From sequence record MK310184: a stretch of 64,000 bases of DNA; one strand, given 5' to 3'. A model generated the notes under the pieces. The model was not told the DNA's origin, did not search any database, and saw only the letters and a program-made list of their open reading frames with translations. Positions 15,728 to 24,188 of the stretch are shown here, piece by piece. Positions within the stretch are counted from its first letter, which is position 1. Every line of letters begins with the position of its first letter. The translations under genes were made by a program, and so were the position numbers. Source of the DNA: Phage NC-G.

Positions 15728-17059
15728 TCAAACGTAGTAGGCGTCAGTACGAGCACGAGTAATACTAACATAAGCCAGCTGTGAAGCTAAATTCACATCA
15801 GCCATATGCATGCATGGAGTATAGATAAAACTGTTCTGGACTGTAAGTCCTTGGGATTTATGAACAGTGCTCACAGGAAGAGCTCGAACCTTAGTAAACA
15901 TTCGCTTGGCTTTCCAGAAATCAGCCCACTTAGGTTTCTTACCGGTTCCACGCATAGCCTTATACTCAGTAGCAACCTTAGCCAAGAAATAATGGAACTT
16001 CTCAACTGAAGCCTCATCGATAACCTTTAAATGCTCTACATAGTACTCGTCGTCTTCATCAACAGATTCTACTTGTAGGTCCCAGTAGTTAATCATTTGT
16101 CGAGTGCCTACATCCTTAGCAGACAAGAACAATGAGGTGTGGTTCACATCTAGAATACGAACCATTTGACCGTTATTAAAAATGGTTTCAGAGAATTTCT
16201 TACCATCGTATTCAAGTTCCTTCATAAAAGGCTCTTGCATCACTAGGATTTCACCCTTAATATAAGGCGCATCGGTTTCATAAAGCTTTTTACGAATAAT
16301 GCTATTCAGCTTTTCAACCGATTTATTTGTATAAGCAAACATCCTATTCTCAAACAAGTCATCCGCGTCTTTTACAATGGAAAAATAATTCATCATAAAA
16401 TCTTTTAAAGCAGTTTGAGATTTAAAACCGTGGACACCATGTCCTTCGAATACACAATCTCTAAACCAACCACCATTACGGATTTCAGTAGCAACCTCAA
16501 TGATAGGAGCATTACTACGCATCACTTCAGTCAGATGTAGCTGTTTAATTTTAGGATGAGTAAAGAACGGAGATAACTGCGGACTTCCATCACTTCCGGG
16601 TTCTACCGGTTGTAGCTGAGCTCTGTCGCCAATCCCTAATACAGTGCACCATGGTGGCACGGAGGATTCAATAATCTTAAACAGCTTACCGTCAATCATC
16701 GAGCCTTCATCAACAACTAACACATTGCATTTGCTCAAGTCAGGAGCTTCGCGTTGTTCGAAGATATCCTGGTCTTCATATGTAGTAGGGTTAATTTTTA
16801 GAATTCTATGGATTGTTGATGCTTCTTGACCTGCGAGTTTCGACAACACCTTTTTGGCCGCATGAGTAGGTGCAGTCAAAATAACTCCGAGTTCACCGTT
16901 CTTGACTAAGTGGTCAAGGATAAATTTAGTAAGGGTTGTTTTACCTGTACCGGCTGGGCCGTTCAATGTAATCCATTCACCCTTACGTCGTTTAATAGCT
17001 TCAATGATTTCTTTAAAGGCCGTCCTCTGGCCGATGTTCAAGTCTTCAAATGTAATCAT
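15728..17059 (-). CDS. dda: Dda DNA helicase (SF1B)
   Basis: 443 aa; Walker A GPAGTGKTT and long blocks matching recalled T4 Dda. Confidence 0.93.
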   Translation of the reverse strand: MITFEDLNIGQRTAFKEIIEAIKRRKGEWITLNGPAGTGKTTLTKFILDHLVKNGELGVILTAPTHAAKKVLSKLAGQEASTIHRILKINPTTYEDQDIFEQREAPDLSKCNVLVVDEGSMIDGKLFKIIESSVPPWCTVLGIGDRAQLQPVEPGSDGSPQLSPFFTHPKIKQLHLTEVMRSNAPIIEVATEIRNGGWFRDCVFEGHGVHGFKSQTALKDFMMNYFSIVKDADDLFENRMFAYTNKSVEKLNSIIRKKLYETDAPYIKGEILVMQEPFMKELEYDGKKFSETIFNNGQMVRILDVNHTSLFLSAKDVGTRQMINYWDLQVESVDEDDEYYVEHLKVIDEASVEKFHYFLAKVATEYKAMRGTGKKPKWADFWKAKRMFTKVRALPVSTVHKSQGLTVQNSFIYTPCMHMADVNLASQLAYVSITRARTDAYYV

Positions 17060-17355
17060 GCCAATTTTACTCGCTTAACATATAAAGTGTCTAAAACTAA
17101 TTTAAGTTCTCGGGCTCGTTCTTCGGTAGGATATACTGTTTTAGTTTCCCACTTATCAAACCACCATTTTCTAGGTGTGCACACCGTTTCAAGGCGTCCA
17201 AGCCGAAGATATCTTTTTGTTGTCATTTCATAAACGGATAGAGCTGTGTCGGCTCCAATCTTTGTCGAATACAAAGTCACTTCACCGGCCTCTTCTAATG
17301 GAATTTCATACCCGTCTTTGTCCTTGTGAACTAATACGTATGCATAGTACATCAC
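17056..17355 (-). CDS. hypothetical protein (dda.1 position)
   Basis: track ORF, start overlaps upstream stop. Confidence 0.55.
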   Translation of the reverse strand: MMYYAYVLVHKDKDGYEIPLEEAGEVTLYSTKIGADTALSVYEMTTKRYLRLGRLETVCTPRKWWFDKWETKTVYPTEERARELKLVLDTLYVKRVKLA

Positions 17356-17356
17356 G

Positions 17357-18121
17357 TTAACCTCTAATCAATGAAAAAATTGAAGCATTCAGCGGAAGAC
17401 CTTTTTTCAACTTCATTTTGTCAATAAAAGAAAGGTGTTCTAAACGCTCCAGACCTTGAATAATTTTATCATACATATCGTAACGCGTTTCTGCTTCAGA
17501 CAATTTAAACTTAACCCGCCAATCAGGCCCACCAATTAAAGATTTAAGACCCTTTTCCATAGTACCGATTGAAGCATTAGAGCCATGGATACGGGCTTTA
17601 ATCGCGATGACAGAAGGGGTCTTATCGGTAGCTCCTGATTTAATAAGGTCCTTAAGACGTTTTTCACGCTTTTTAAGGCCTCTTTGGGTATCTTTAATAT
17701 TTTTAACTATTTTACGAATTTTATAATAATTATCGGGGGTTACTTTAAAACTATTAGGCATTTTAGAACTACCTGAAATACGAACTGCTAAACGAGTCTG
17801 GGCACGTTTCAGTTCATCAAGGGACAAATCGGCACGTAAGCTGTTATACTTAACTTTAACTGGGATTACATTACCCTCAATATAGCCGATATCGTTGTTA
17901 AAACGTTCAAATGAAATCTTGTCATTAACTGAATTTTCATCAAAGTACTCGCCTGAATAAGCACACACTTTTTGTTCGAGAAGTCTACGAACATACTTAC
18001 TAGACAGATTGAAGTCCTTACCGCGTTTATAAGCAGAAGCTTTGGTGTGTTTGCGGCGGTTGTAAACCTTTAACTCAAATTCATCGTTAGTTTTAATAGT
18101 AGGCATGATATTTTTTCTCAT
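17357..18121 (-). CDS. hypothetical protein (254 aa, srd position)
   Basis: track ORF; first gene after early promoter; basic C-terminal half. Confidence 0.55.
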   Translation of the reverse strand: MRKNIMPTIKTNDEFELKVYNRRKHTKASAYKRGKDFNLSSKYVRRLLEQKVCAYSGEYFDENSVNDKISFERFNNDIGYIEGNVIPVKVKYNSLRADLSLDELKRAQTRLAVRISGSSKMPNSFKVTPDNYYKIRKIVKNIKDTQRGLKKREKRLKDLIKSGATDKTPSVIAIKARIHGSNASIGTMEKGLKSLIGGPDWRVKFKLSEAETRYDMYDKIIQGLERLEHLSFIDKMKLKKGLPLNASIFSLIRG

Positions 18122-18147
18122 CTTACGGACGATTAGTTGATAGGTCT

Positions 18148-18176
18148 ATAGTATCATGTTGCTTAATAAAGTAAAC
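18148..18176 (-). promoter_or_regulatory. early promoter
   Basis: -35 GTTTAC 18171-18176, 17-bp spacer, -10 TACTAT 18148-18153, conserved agacctatcaac box. Confidence 0.6.
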
Positions 18177-18181
18177 ACTTT

Positions 18182-18208
18182 TTTGCTTTAAATTTTCGAC
18201 GGTATAAT
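18182..18208 (+). promoter_or_regulatory. candidate MotA-type middle promoter on plus strand (antisense to modA-like gene)
   Basis: consensus MotA box TTTGCTTTA (18182-18190), 12-bp spacer, -10 TATAAT (18203-18208). Confidence 0.35.
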
Positions 18209-18245
18209 GAATCAAGGACTTTGCCTTTCAATTAAACCGGGTGGT

Positions 18246-18860
18246 TCAGTAAGAAAGAACGGAAAGATTCCAAATGGTGTAATTATTCCATTTAGGATTT
18301 CTCTCAATAGAGTCTACGCGCAGCGTAGTTCCCGCAGGGAACATCATCTCATCTTCATCATTGATTAATTGTAAGTTTGCTACACGGGTAGATTCAGGAA
18401 ATGCGCCTGGGAACTCTTCAGGGGGCGCAGCACATAACATTTTAAAGATTTCTTCCTGATAATTGTACACAAATGGCGCATCATTAATACAAAAGATATT
18501 AAATGTGCCGTAGAAGTTATAAGATGCGAAATTCCTTGCCACGTTGAAGTCTTTAGAGAAGCTCATCACACGGTCGAATTCAATTACTGCACCTACACAC
18601 ATTGTGGACTCTAGATACTTCATAGTCTTTTTAGATATGCCGCGATAGAGCTTATCAGGCACTACAGAAGTCATATTCTTACGAATGATTTTGTTCAAAG
18701 TTTCTTGGATAGAATCCGGTTTATTTTCCATACACTGCCAGAGCGTGCTCTGTTCTAAATCAGAATACACCTCATCAATTTCTATCTGAGTATTCTCACG
18801 GAAATCATCGCATTTGGCATTGTTGATAAATTCTGCTAATTTATGGCTTGGGTATAACAT
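18246..18860 (-). CDS. modA: ADP-ribosyltransferase, Mod family
   Basis: 204 aa; R-S-E triad context (LYRG, SFS, EDEMMF); synteny after dda; A/B assignment by position only. Confidence 0.65.
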   Translation of the reverse strand: MLYPSHKLAEFINNAKCDDFRENTQIEIDEVYSDLEQSTLWQCMENKPDSIQETLNKIIRKNMTSVVPDKLYRGISKKTMKYLESTMCVGAVIEFDRVMSFSKDFNVARNFASYNFYGTFNIFCINDAPFVYNYQEEIFKMLCAAPPEEFPGAFPESTRVANLQLINDEDEMMFPAGTTLRVDSIERNPKWNNYTIWNLSVLSY

Positions 18861-18885
18861 ATTATTCTCCTCAGTTGATAGAAAG

Positions 18886-18915
18886 ATAGTACCACACGCT
18901 TCCTTGCCTGTAAAC
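18886..18915 (-). promoter_or_regulatory. early promoter
   Basis: -35 GTTTAC 18910-18915, 18-bp spacer, -10 TACTAT 18886-18891. Confidence 0.55.
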
Positions 18916-19484
18916 TAAAAATCCAACATTTTTAAATGAATTGTTTTATACTCGATTTCGTACGGGTCCCTTTTGACGGTTTCGATTGCAACAATCTCAA
19001 ATCGCGATAGACTAGAGACCATGAACTCACATTCGGTTTCAACCATATCATAGAGGTCAATACGGGTTTCATCTATTTCAAGCTCATCCACATTCCCTGC
19101 AAGAACAAGGTCGATAGCATGGTTGTAGTAGTCAAAAATGAAGGGTGCATTCCTGAGACTTAAAATGGTTTTTGTTCCATATTCCCAAGCCCCTGCGAAC
19201 TGTCGAGCCTGGGAGTATTGAGTACTAAAAGAAGTAACTCGACCAGGAGACCATTGACACCCTACTGAAAGGAGCTCTAATTGCTCAAGTTCTCTGGTGG
19301 TAATCCCACGATACAACTCTACCGGAACCGCTGAAGTAACATGCTTGCGAACCAGTTTGTCGAGGTCGTAATGGAAGTTAGGGTCTTTTTTGGCGTCCAG
19401 GCATTTTTCTAAAAGATTCTGTTCATGTTTTGAAAATTTGGAATTGATTCGGTCTTGATAAAGACATTTTTGTTCGATGTTCAT
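18915..19484 (-). CDS. modB: ADP-ribosyltransferase, Mod family
   Basis: 189 aa; R-S-E triad context (LYRG, TSFST, ETECEF); paralog of adjacent gene. Confidence 0.65.
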   Translation of the reverse strand: MNIEQKCLYQDRINSKFSKHEQNLLEKCLDAKKDPNFHYDLDKLVRKHVTSAVPVELYRGITTRELEQLELLSVGCQWSPGRVTSFSTQYSQARQFAGAWEYGTKTILSLRNAPFIFDYYNHAIDLVLAGNVDELEIDETRIDLYDMVETECEFMVSSLSRFEIVAIETVKRDPYEIEYKTIHLKMLDF

Positions 19485-19508
19485 ATGACCTCCAGTGATT
19501 TAGAGGTC

Positions 19509-19537
19509 ATTATAACATGAAGGGAGGAGGTGTAAAC
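19509..19537 (-). promoter_or_regulatory. early promoter embedded in RBS-sequestering hairpin
   Basis: -35 GTTTAC 19532-19537, 17-bp spacer, -10 TATAAT 19509-19514; 8-bp inverted repeat atgacctc/gaggtcat spans RBS and ATG. Confidence 0.6.
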
Positions 19538-19782
19538 TACTTAAACACACCAAGTGGGACGCCAAACACTGCAATGTCAGCAGCCATGCCTAATGAGGAT
19601 TGGGTATATAAAGTATAGGAGCTTTTTGATTCATAAGAGCTTTTTGTTTCTGGCTTCTCGACTTCAATCTTAGGAGCTTTCGCCTGAATATTTTTTTGCT
19701 CGATTTCCCTACGAGCCTGTTTACGGTCGATATCCAATGCCGATGTAGGTATATTAGTTAGCCAATTCATTATTTTACCCAA
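19537..19782 (-). CDS. hypothetical protein (81 aa)
   Basis: track ORF, co-oriented and tightly packed. Confidence 0.5.
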   Translation of the reverse strand: MGKIMNWLTNIPTSALDIDRKQARREIEQKNIQAKAPKIEVEKPETKSSYESKSSYTLYTQSSLGMAADIAVFGVPLGVFK

Positions 19783-19964
19783 GGGGCCCAGGGTGGAGGG
19801 TCTTGATAGTAAGAAGCAAGGTCGCTCAGGACCTCTTTAGGCAACTTAAAGCCGTGCTTCTGTATAATCATATCAAGTTCATTAACAAGGTCAATAGGCG
19901 GCTCCCGAGTTGTTTCAGGCTCAGGGTCCGGGTCCGGGATGACAAACATATCAAATAAATCCAT
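19770..19964 (-). CDS. hypothetical protein (64 aa)
   Basis: track ORF, co-oriented and tightly packed. Confidence 0.45.
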   Translation of the reverse strand: MDLFDMFVIPDPDPEPETTREPPIDLVNELDMIIQKHGFKLPKEVLSDLASYYQDPPPWAPWVK

Positions 19965-20455
19965 TAGTAACCACCGATAGGACCATAACCATACATACGA
20001 GCTCGTAGCTTAGCATCACGAATAGCTTCTTCAGTCGGGGTAAAGCGCAAACCTATATCAAAGTGTTTCCAAATCTGACATTCTACTTCCGTAAGGTCTT
20101 CGATGGTAGAAATCAGATATGTGCGACCTTTAAGTCGTTCAGTGGCCATTTTATCTCTATCTTTATAGAAAATATCCGCAGTACCTTCTGCATATGGGTC
20201 CGCCGGATAACGATAGCCTTTTATATGCAAGGCTTGAGCCACACTAAAAGGGCACCCATCAGCAACATCAACATTTTGATTATGACGTACTTTCATCATA
20301 ACATTTTCAGGAAGCTTGATATCTTTTAAGCGCGTTTCTAACTGGGTGATAGAATTCATACCGTTGTCAACAAAGATAAGACACGCCGTAGCATCATAAG
20401 GCCGTGTTTGGCCTGATGAATCACGCACATGGAATTCGAGTTCATAGACTTTCAT
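19964..20455 (-). CDS. hypothetical protein (163 aa)
   Basis: track ORF; AGAGGA RBS. Confidence 0.55.
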   Translation of the reverse strand: MKVYELEFHVRDSSGQTRPYDATACLIFVDNGMNSITQLETRLKDIKLPENVMMKVRHNQNVDVADGCPFSVAQALHIKGYRYPADPYAEGTADIFYKDRDKMATERLKGRTYLISTIEDLTEVECQIWKHFDIGLRFTPTEEAIRDAKLRARMYGYGPIGGY

Positions 20456-20609
20456 TATGTTTTCCTCTTTTTAGTTTACCTACTAAAGGACCATCCGGAA
20501 TTTTATTTTCCTGGATGTATTTCTCGTTTTCTTCCATCATTTTACTACCAATTTTAAGAAGCAAATCCAGTGCCTCTTTAGCATGTTTTTCAGCCTCTTC
20601 AGTAGTCAT
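20442..20609 (-). CDS. hypothetical protein (55 aa)
   Basis: ATG overlaps upstream stop (ATGA); fills gap between track ORFs; below size cut-off. Confidence 0.4.
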   Translation of the reverse strand: MTTEEAEKHAKEALDLLLKIGSKMMEENEKYIQENKIPDGPLVGKLKRGKHNESL

Positions 20610-20806
20610 GATTTATCCCCATAGATGTCACACATAATCCTAAGGGCTTCGCGTTCTAATTTCTTTTCGCGTTCTTCACGGATACCTTTAAGAATCCATT
20701 CTTCGGAGTCGCGTTTCATTTCTGCATTGGCTTGGTCTAACCAACCATCATCAAGATAATCGCCAGGGCGGTCTAGCCAATCTTTAAGCCATGATAATGG
20801 TTTCAT
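20606..20806 (-). CDS. hypothetical protein (66 aa)
   Basis: track ORF, co-oriented and tightly packed. Confidence 0.5.
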   Translation of the reverse strand: MKPLSWLKDWLDRPGDYLDDGWLDQANAEMKRDSEEWILKGIREEREKKLEREALRIMCDIYGDKS

Positions 20807-21123
20807 TAATCACACGAGCTAGACGATGAGTCACAGCTTCCCGAGTCAGAATAAGACGAATCACCGGTCCATGAGCTAGCAACAACCGCTGTGGTCACAA
20901 TGGTAGAAGCATCTAAATTACTTCTGCTACGTTGCTCATCTAAACGCGATTGTGCCAGGCGTTTATTTACCTGTTCTATGCGTTGTTGAGCTTCAGGCGT
21001 TACTATAACTTCTTCCATCATGCCATCGCCCATGTAGGTGTATTCCTTTTTAGGAGGTGCTTCAATAGGAACCATTCCTTGGCCTGGGGTAGAAGCAAAC
21101 AACTCTTTAAGCCACTTAAACAT
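20806..21123 (-). CDS. hypothetical protein with Ser-rich C-terminus (105 aa)
   Basis: track ORF. Confidence 0.5.
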   Translation of the reverse strand: MFKWLKELFASTPGQGMVPIEAPPKKEYTYMGDGMMEEVIVTPEAQQRIEQVNKRLAQSRLDEQRSRSNLDASTIVTTAVVASSWTGDSSYSDSGSCDSSSSSCD

Positions 21124-21338
21124 TATAAGAACCCTCGTACAAATGAGACTTTAGGAAGTGGTTCGTCTTCGAAATCACTACGGATTTCAGCATTAAACTC
21201 AACAGAACCGTCTGCGTGCATCATGAAAGAATGCACAACAACTTCAGCATACCATAGTTGAAGATCGTATTTCTGTATAACCTGACGAGCAATAACTTCA
21301 TCTAAGGTTTGATTAGGTTTAATCCAACGATTTAACAT
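21123..21338 (-). CDS. hypothetical protein (71 aa)
   Basis: track ORF; first gene after early promoter. Confidence 0.5.
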   Translation of the reverse strand: MLNRWIKPNQTLDEVIARQVIQKYDLQLWYAEVVVHSFMMHADGSVEFNAEIRSDFEDEPLPKVSFVRGFL

Positions 21339-21366
21339 AGTGTTCTCCTCTTGTTTTGATAGGACT

Positions 21367-21396
21367 ACTATAACACTGTTTTACAAGGATGTAAAC
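21367..21396 (-). promoter_or_regulatory. early promoter
   Basis: -35 GTTTAC 21391-21396, 18-bp spacer, -10 TATAGT 21367-21372. Confidence 0.55.
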
Positions 21397-21400
21397 TGTA

Positions 21401-21432
21401 GAAACGAAAAAAGGAATCCCGAAGGATTCCTT
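21401..21432 (-). terminator. intrinsic terminator after soc
   Basis: 9-bp stem AAGGAAUCC/GGAUUCCUU with UUCG loop (21411-21432) followed by UUUUUCGUUU. Confidence 0.65.
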
Positions 21433-21441
21433 ATAATTAAC

Positions 21442-21693
21442 TTATGCTTCGGGTCCTGGAGGAACCGGTGCAGGTTCTGGGGTAAACATAGCTTCATTTG
21501 CTGTTGCCCAATCATCTGCGGTGTCAACCACAGTATCATAGGCTGGTTCTTCAGACGGGAAAGTCTGATAGTGCGCACCTGAGATTCGATGAGCATTAGA
21601 ATAAACTTCAAATGCAACAGAAACCTCGGTACCTTCTACTGTACCACCTTCTACTTCATGGTCGAACGTTTTGATATTTACATATCCACCCAT
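21442..21693 (-). CDS. soc: small outer capsid protein Soc
   Basis: 83 aa; GYVNIKTF...VSVAF..YS..H.ISGAHYQTFPSE matches recalled T4 Soc. Confidence 0.85.
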   Translation of the reverse strand: MGGYVNIKTFDHEVEGGTVEGTEVSVAFEVYSNAHRISGAHYQTFPSEEPAYDTVVDTADDWATANEAMFTPEPAPVPPGPEA

Positions 21694-21721
21694 AATTTAC
21701 TCCTTTAGTTAATTACAGGTG

Positions 21722-21729
21722 TATTTATA
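21722..21729 (-). promoter_or_regulatory. late promoter (TATAAATA) for soc
   Basis: minus-strand TATAAATA 28 nt upstream of soc ATG. Confidence 0.5.
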
Positions 21730-21731
21730 TC

Positions 21732-22253
21732 TTAATATCCATTATCCTGGCGTTCAAAATTATGTTTGTTCTTCAGGTAGTACAATTTAAAGATTTCTTC
21801 AGCAGTAAGACCAAGACCTTGGAACATATTCAGAACGAAATGGAGAATATCAATCATTTCAAATTTGATTTCAAGCTGGTCTTCAGGAGACAGTTCATCG
21901 ATACGACGATTTCGATATTCAGCATGTTGCGCCTTCCACGGCTTCCATACACTGCTGGCGGCTTTTTCACCATTGCTCATACCACCAAGTGAAGTCAGCA
22001 GTTCACGGAATTCATCATCAATATAATCTTTCTGATTACGTAGCCAATCAACAACATCACCAGCAGTGGCCAATTCATCAGGATGTTTGTTATGTTCAGG
22101 CTTGTCATTTGCCAGACGAACCTGTAAAGATTTCTGCATATCAAGCATTACCTGCAACGGGTCTTTATCTTCGTGAATAAGAGCATTAAAATAAGCTTCT
22201 TCAGCTTTATCAACACCAGCAATCAGTTGTGAACATTCGTTAAAGTGCGCCAT
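21732..22253 (-). CDS. 56: dCTPase/dUTPase (MazG-like) gp56
   Basis: track ORF trimmed to ATG 22253 (AAAGGA RBS); 173 aa; general resemblance to recalled T4 gp56. Confidence 0.8.
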   Translation of the reverse strand: MAHFNECSQLIAGVDKAEEAYFNALIHEDKDPLQVMLDMQKSLQVRLANDKPEHNKHPDELATAGDVVDWLRNQKDYIDDEFRELLTSLGGMSNGEKAASSVWKPWKAQHAEYRNRRIDELSPEDQLEIKFEMIDILHFVLNMFQGLGLTAEEIFKLYYLKNKHNFERQDNGY

Positions 22254-22288
22254 TTTATTTCCTTTCAATTCATGTTTAAGAGATGATA

Positions 22289-22315
22289 ATTATAACAAAC
22301 CCGATAGAAAGCATA
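22289..22315 (-). promoter_or_regulatory. candidate MotA-dependent middle promoter for gene 56
   Basis: MotA-like box TATGCTTTC (22307-22315), 12-bp spacer, -10 TATAAT (22289-22294). Confidence 0.4.
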
Positions 22316-22339
22316 AATAGTCCTAACGTAGGAGGATTT

Positions 22340-22417
22340 ATGGGAACTGTGTTCTATCAAATCTGGAAGTTAGTAGATAAAGAATCTCGTAAGTTGATAT
22401 TCTTTTTCTCACTATAG
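22340..22417 (+). CDS. small ORF (25 aa) on opposite strand
   Basis: AGGAGG RBS 6 nt upstream of ATG; lies in gene-free gap; very short. Confidence 0.2.
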   Translation: MGTVFYQIWKLVDKESRKLIFFFSL

Positions 22418-22534
22418 ACGTTTTAGTATGGAACCTGGTAATAGTTCCATTAGCGGCAACTCAAGCTATTATATTACTACAAGTAGAGTTGCAGCATATA
22501 CTCTCAATAATCAACGCAATTGGAGTTAATTTGC

Positions 22535-22732
22535 ATGCTTAAGTTACCTGCACTACTTATGGCCATTAAAGGCAATAAAAAGAAGACTATCCTGGCCTCT
22601 ATTATAGCAGGAGGTATTGTTTCTTGGAACTTTGTTTTTGCGCCGTTGTTAGTTGCCCATGGGCTCGCTGTTCCTGTAATCCCTTTAGATACAGTAGTAG
22701 ATTTAGCCTTTGCATTTGTGGGGTTAGTATAA
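22535..22732 (+). CDS. small membrane protein (65 aa) on opposite strand
   Basis: GGAG RBS; two predicted TM helices; ends at GNRA hairpin terminator; no overlap with minus genes. Confidence 0.4.
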   Translation: MLKLPALLMAIKGNKKKTILASIIAGGIVSWNFVFAPLLVAHGLAVPVIPLDTVVDLAFAFVGLV

Positions 22733-22735
22733 GAA

Positions 22736-22760
22736 TAGGGAGGAAACTCCCTATATTTTA
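22736..22760 (+). terminator. hairpin terminator between convergent genes
   Basis: UAGGGAG-GAAA-CUCCCUA (22736-22753) followed by UAUUUUA on plus strand; also at gene 61 stop. Confidence 0.5.
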
Positions 22761-23779
22761 GAATATTTACTTAAACGCATTTTTGCCATTAAACCTTGTG
22801 CGATATTCTCTTTCATATAAGAAAGGATATCGTTTATATTGGCTTTATCTTTCATAACCATATCATTTATATCTTTAGAAGGCCATGGGGCCTTGTCCCA
22901 GAACAGAACCCTTTCGCCTGCATCAACTAATCGTTGCATACGCTTAATTGTGTCAGGATGGCGGGGTTCATTGTCCATTACCCAGGCACGAGTTTCTTTA
23001 CATGGAACTATAGCCAAGTCCAACGACCCACCAGTAATTGCTATTGCATTCGGTACGAATAATGAATCGATAGGACCTTCCATTACCCACACCAATTGAC
23101 GTTCATCCACAGTATCCATTCCATATATTTTTGTGGCTTGGTCATGAGCTTTTATTGTAATATATTTTTGTGGAGCATCTTTACGTAAGGCTCGACCCTG
23201 AAAACTTTCTATTTGTTTATCCTTATTGAAAATAGGAATAACCAAACGTGGTTCAGGCATTTCTTTGGAATAGGTCCCTGGATTAACCGAGTTCACCAAT
23301 GCGGGCCATTCTTTAGTAAACCACAGCCGATTCCATTTGTTTTCAGGAATGCAACGTAGTGTCACATATTTGATAATAGGATGGTCCTTCGGCATTCTAT
23401 CTAATCGTTCACAGAAATTAAGCTTTTCGATGACAGGCATCTTAGCTTTAATTTTTTCAGATATCTCCACCTTAGGTGCAGCTTGTCTCCCGAACGATTG
23501 CTCTTTATGTTTCTCAAGAATATATTCGCGATATAAATCAGGCTCGTATTCGTATAGATACTTCTTAATTCCTGCTGAATAGTCACAGTTAAAACAGTGT
23601 AGCATTACAGAGCCGTCGTTAGCAGGATAGGCCCAAAAACGAGCTTTGTTCTCATCTTTTAGGGAGTCGCCACATACACGACAACGACAGTTTAATTTAA
23701 AATCACTACCAGTTACTTGTCTGAATTTAGGTTGGTAATTCAAGGCACGTACAGCAAATTCTCTATCGACATATGACAT
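22751..23779 (-). CDS. 61: DNA primase gp61
   Basis: 342 aa; N-terminal Cys4 zinc ribbon (CRCRVCGD...CFNCDY) and Toprim-type region; resembles recalled T4 gp61. Confidence 0.88.
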   Translation of the reverse strand: MSYVDREFAVRALNYQPKFRQVTGSDFKLNCRCRVCGDSLKDENKARFWAYPANDGSVMLHCFNCDYSAGIKKYLYEYEPDLYREYILEKHKEQSFGRQAAPKVEISEKIKAKMPVIEKLNFCERLDRMPKDHPIIKYVTLRCIPENKWNRLWFTKEWPALVNSVNPGTYSKEMPEPRLVIPIFNKDKQIESFQGRALRKDAPQKYITIKAHDQATKIYGMDTVDERQLVWVMEGPIDSLFVPNAIAITGGSLDLAIVPCKETRAWVMDNEPRHPDTIKRMQRLVDAGERVLFWDKAPWPSKDINDMVMKDKANINDILSYMKENIAQGLMAKMRLSKYSKI

Positions 23780-23817
23780 TATTTTTCCTTGGGCTCTAAA
23801 TTAATAGAGCCATTATA

Positions 23818-23979
23818 TCATTCGTTTTCGGATTTTTCTTTACGCTTTTTAGATGGGATTTGTTCAGGCCCTTTGTTGACGACTGCACCTGAGGTAGTTC
23901 CGGAGGCAATATTAGATGGGTTTCCACCTGCATCGCCTGCGACCATATCTTCGTTCATAACTTCTTTAAAAGATTTCAT
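23818..23979 (-). CDS. hypothetical protein (53 aa) with late promoter
   Basis: ATG 23979 with AGGAG RBS, TATAAATA 14 nt upstream; below track size cut-off. Confidence 0.4.
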   Translation of the reverse strand: MKSFKEVMNEDMVAGDAGGNPSNIASGTTSGAVVNKGPEQIPSKKRKEKSENE

Positions 23980-23992
23980 AGGCTCCTGGCCT

Positions 23993-24000
23993 TATTTATA
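23993..24000 (-). promoter_or_regulatory. late promoter (TATAAATA)
   Basis: exact TATAAATA on minus strand upstream of the 53-aa ORF. Confidence 0.45.
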
Positions 24001-24187
24001 TTACGAAAATAGCTTTGTCACCGTTGGCGTCAGTGACTTCGTACGTATCTTCGTGGTAAAGTGGGATAATCCAGGTCACACCATCATCAGCAATAACATG
24101 GATAGCTTCTTGGTCTTTTGATACGATTTCATATTCTTCGAATAATTCGAATACAGAAATCTTAGAGCCCGTACACATTGCAGTCAT
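23996..24187 (-). CDS. hypothetical protein (63 aa)
   Basis: track ORF, co-oriented and tightly packed. Confidence 0.45.
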   Translation of the reverse strand: MTAMCTGSKISVFELFEEYEIVSKDQEAIHVIADDGVTWIIPLYHEDTYEVTDANGDKAIFVI

Positions 24188-24188
24188 A

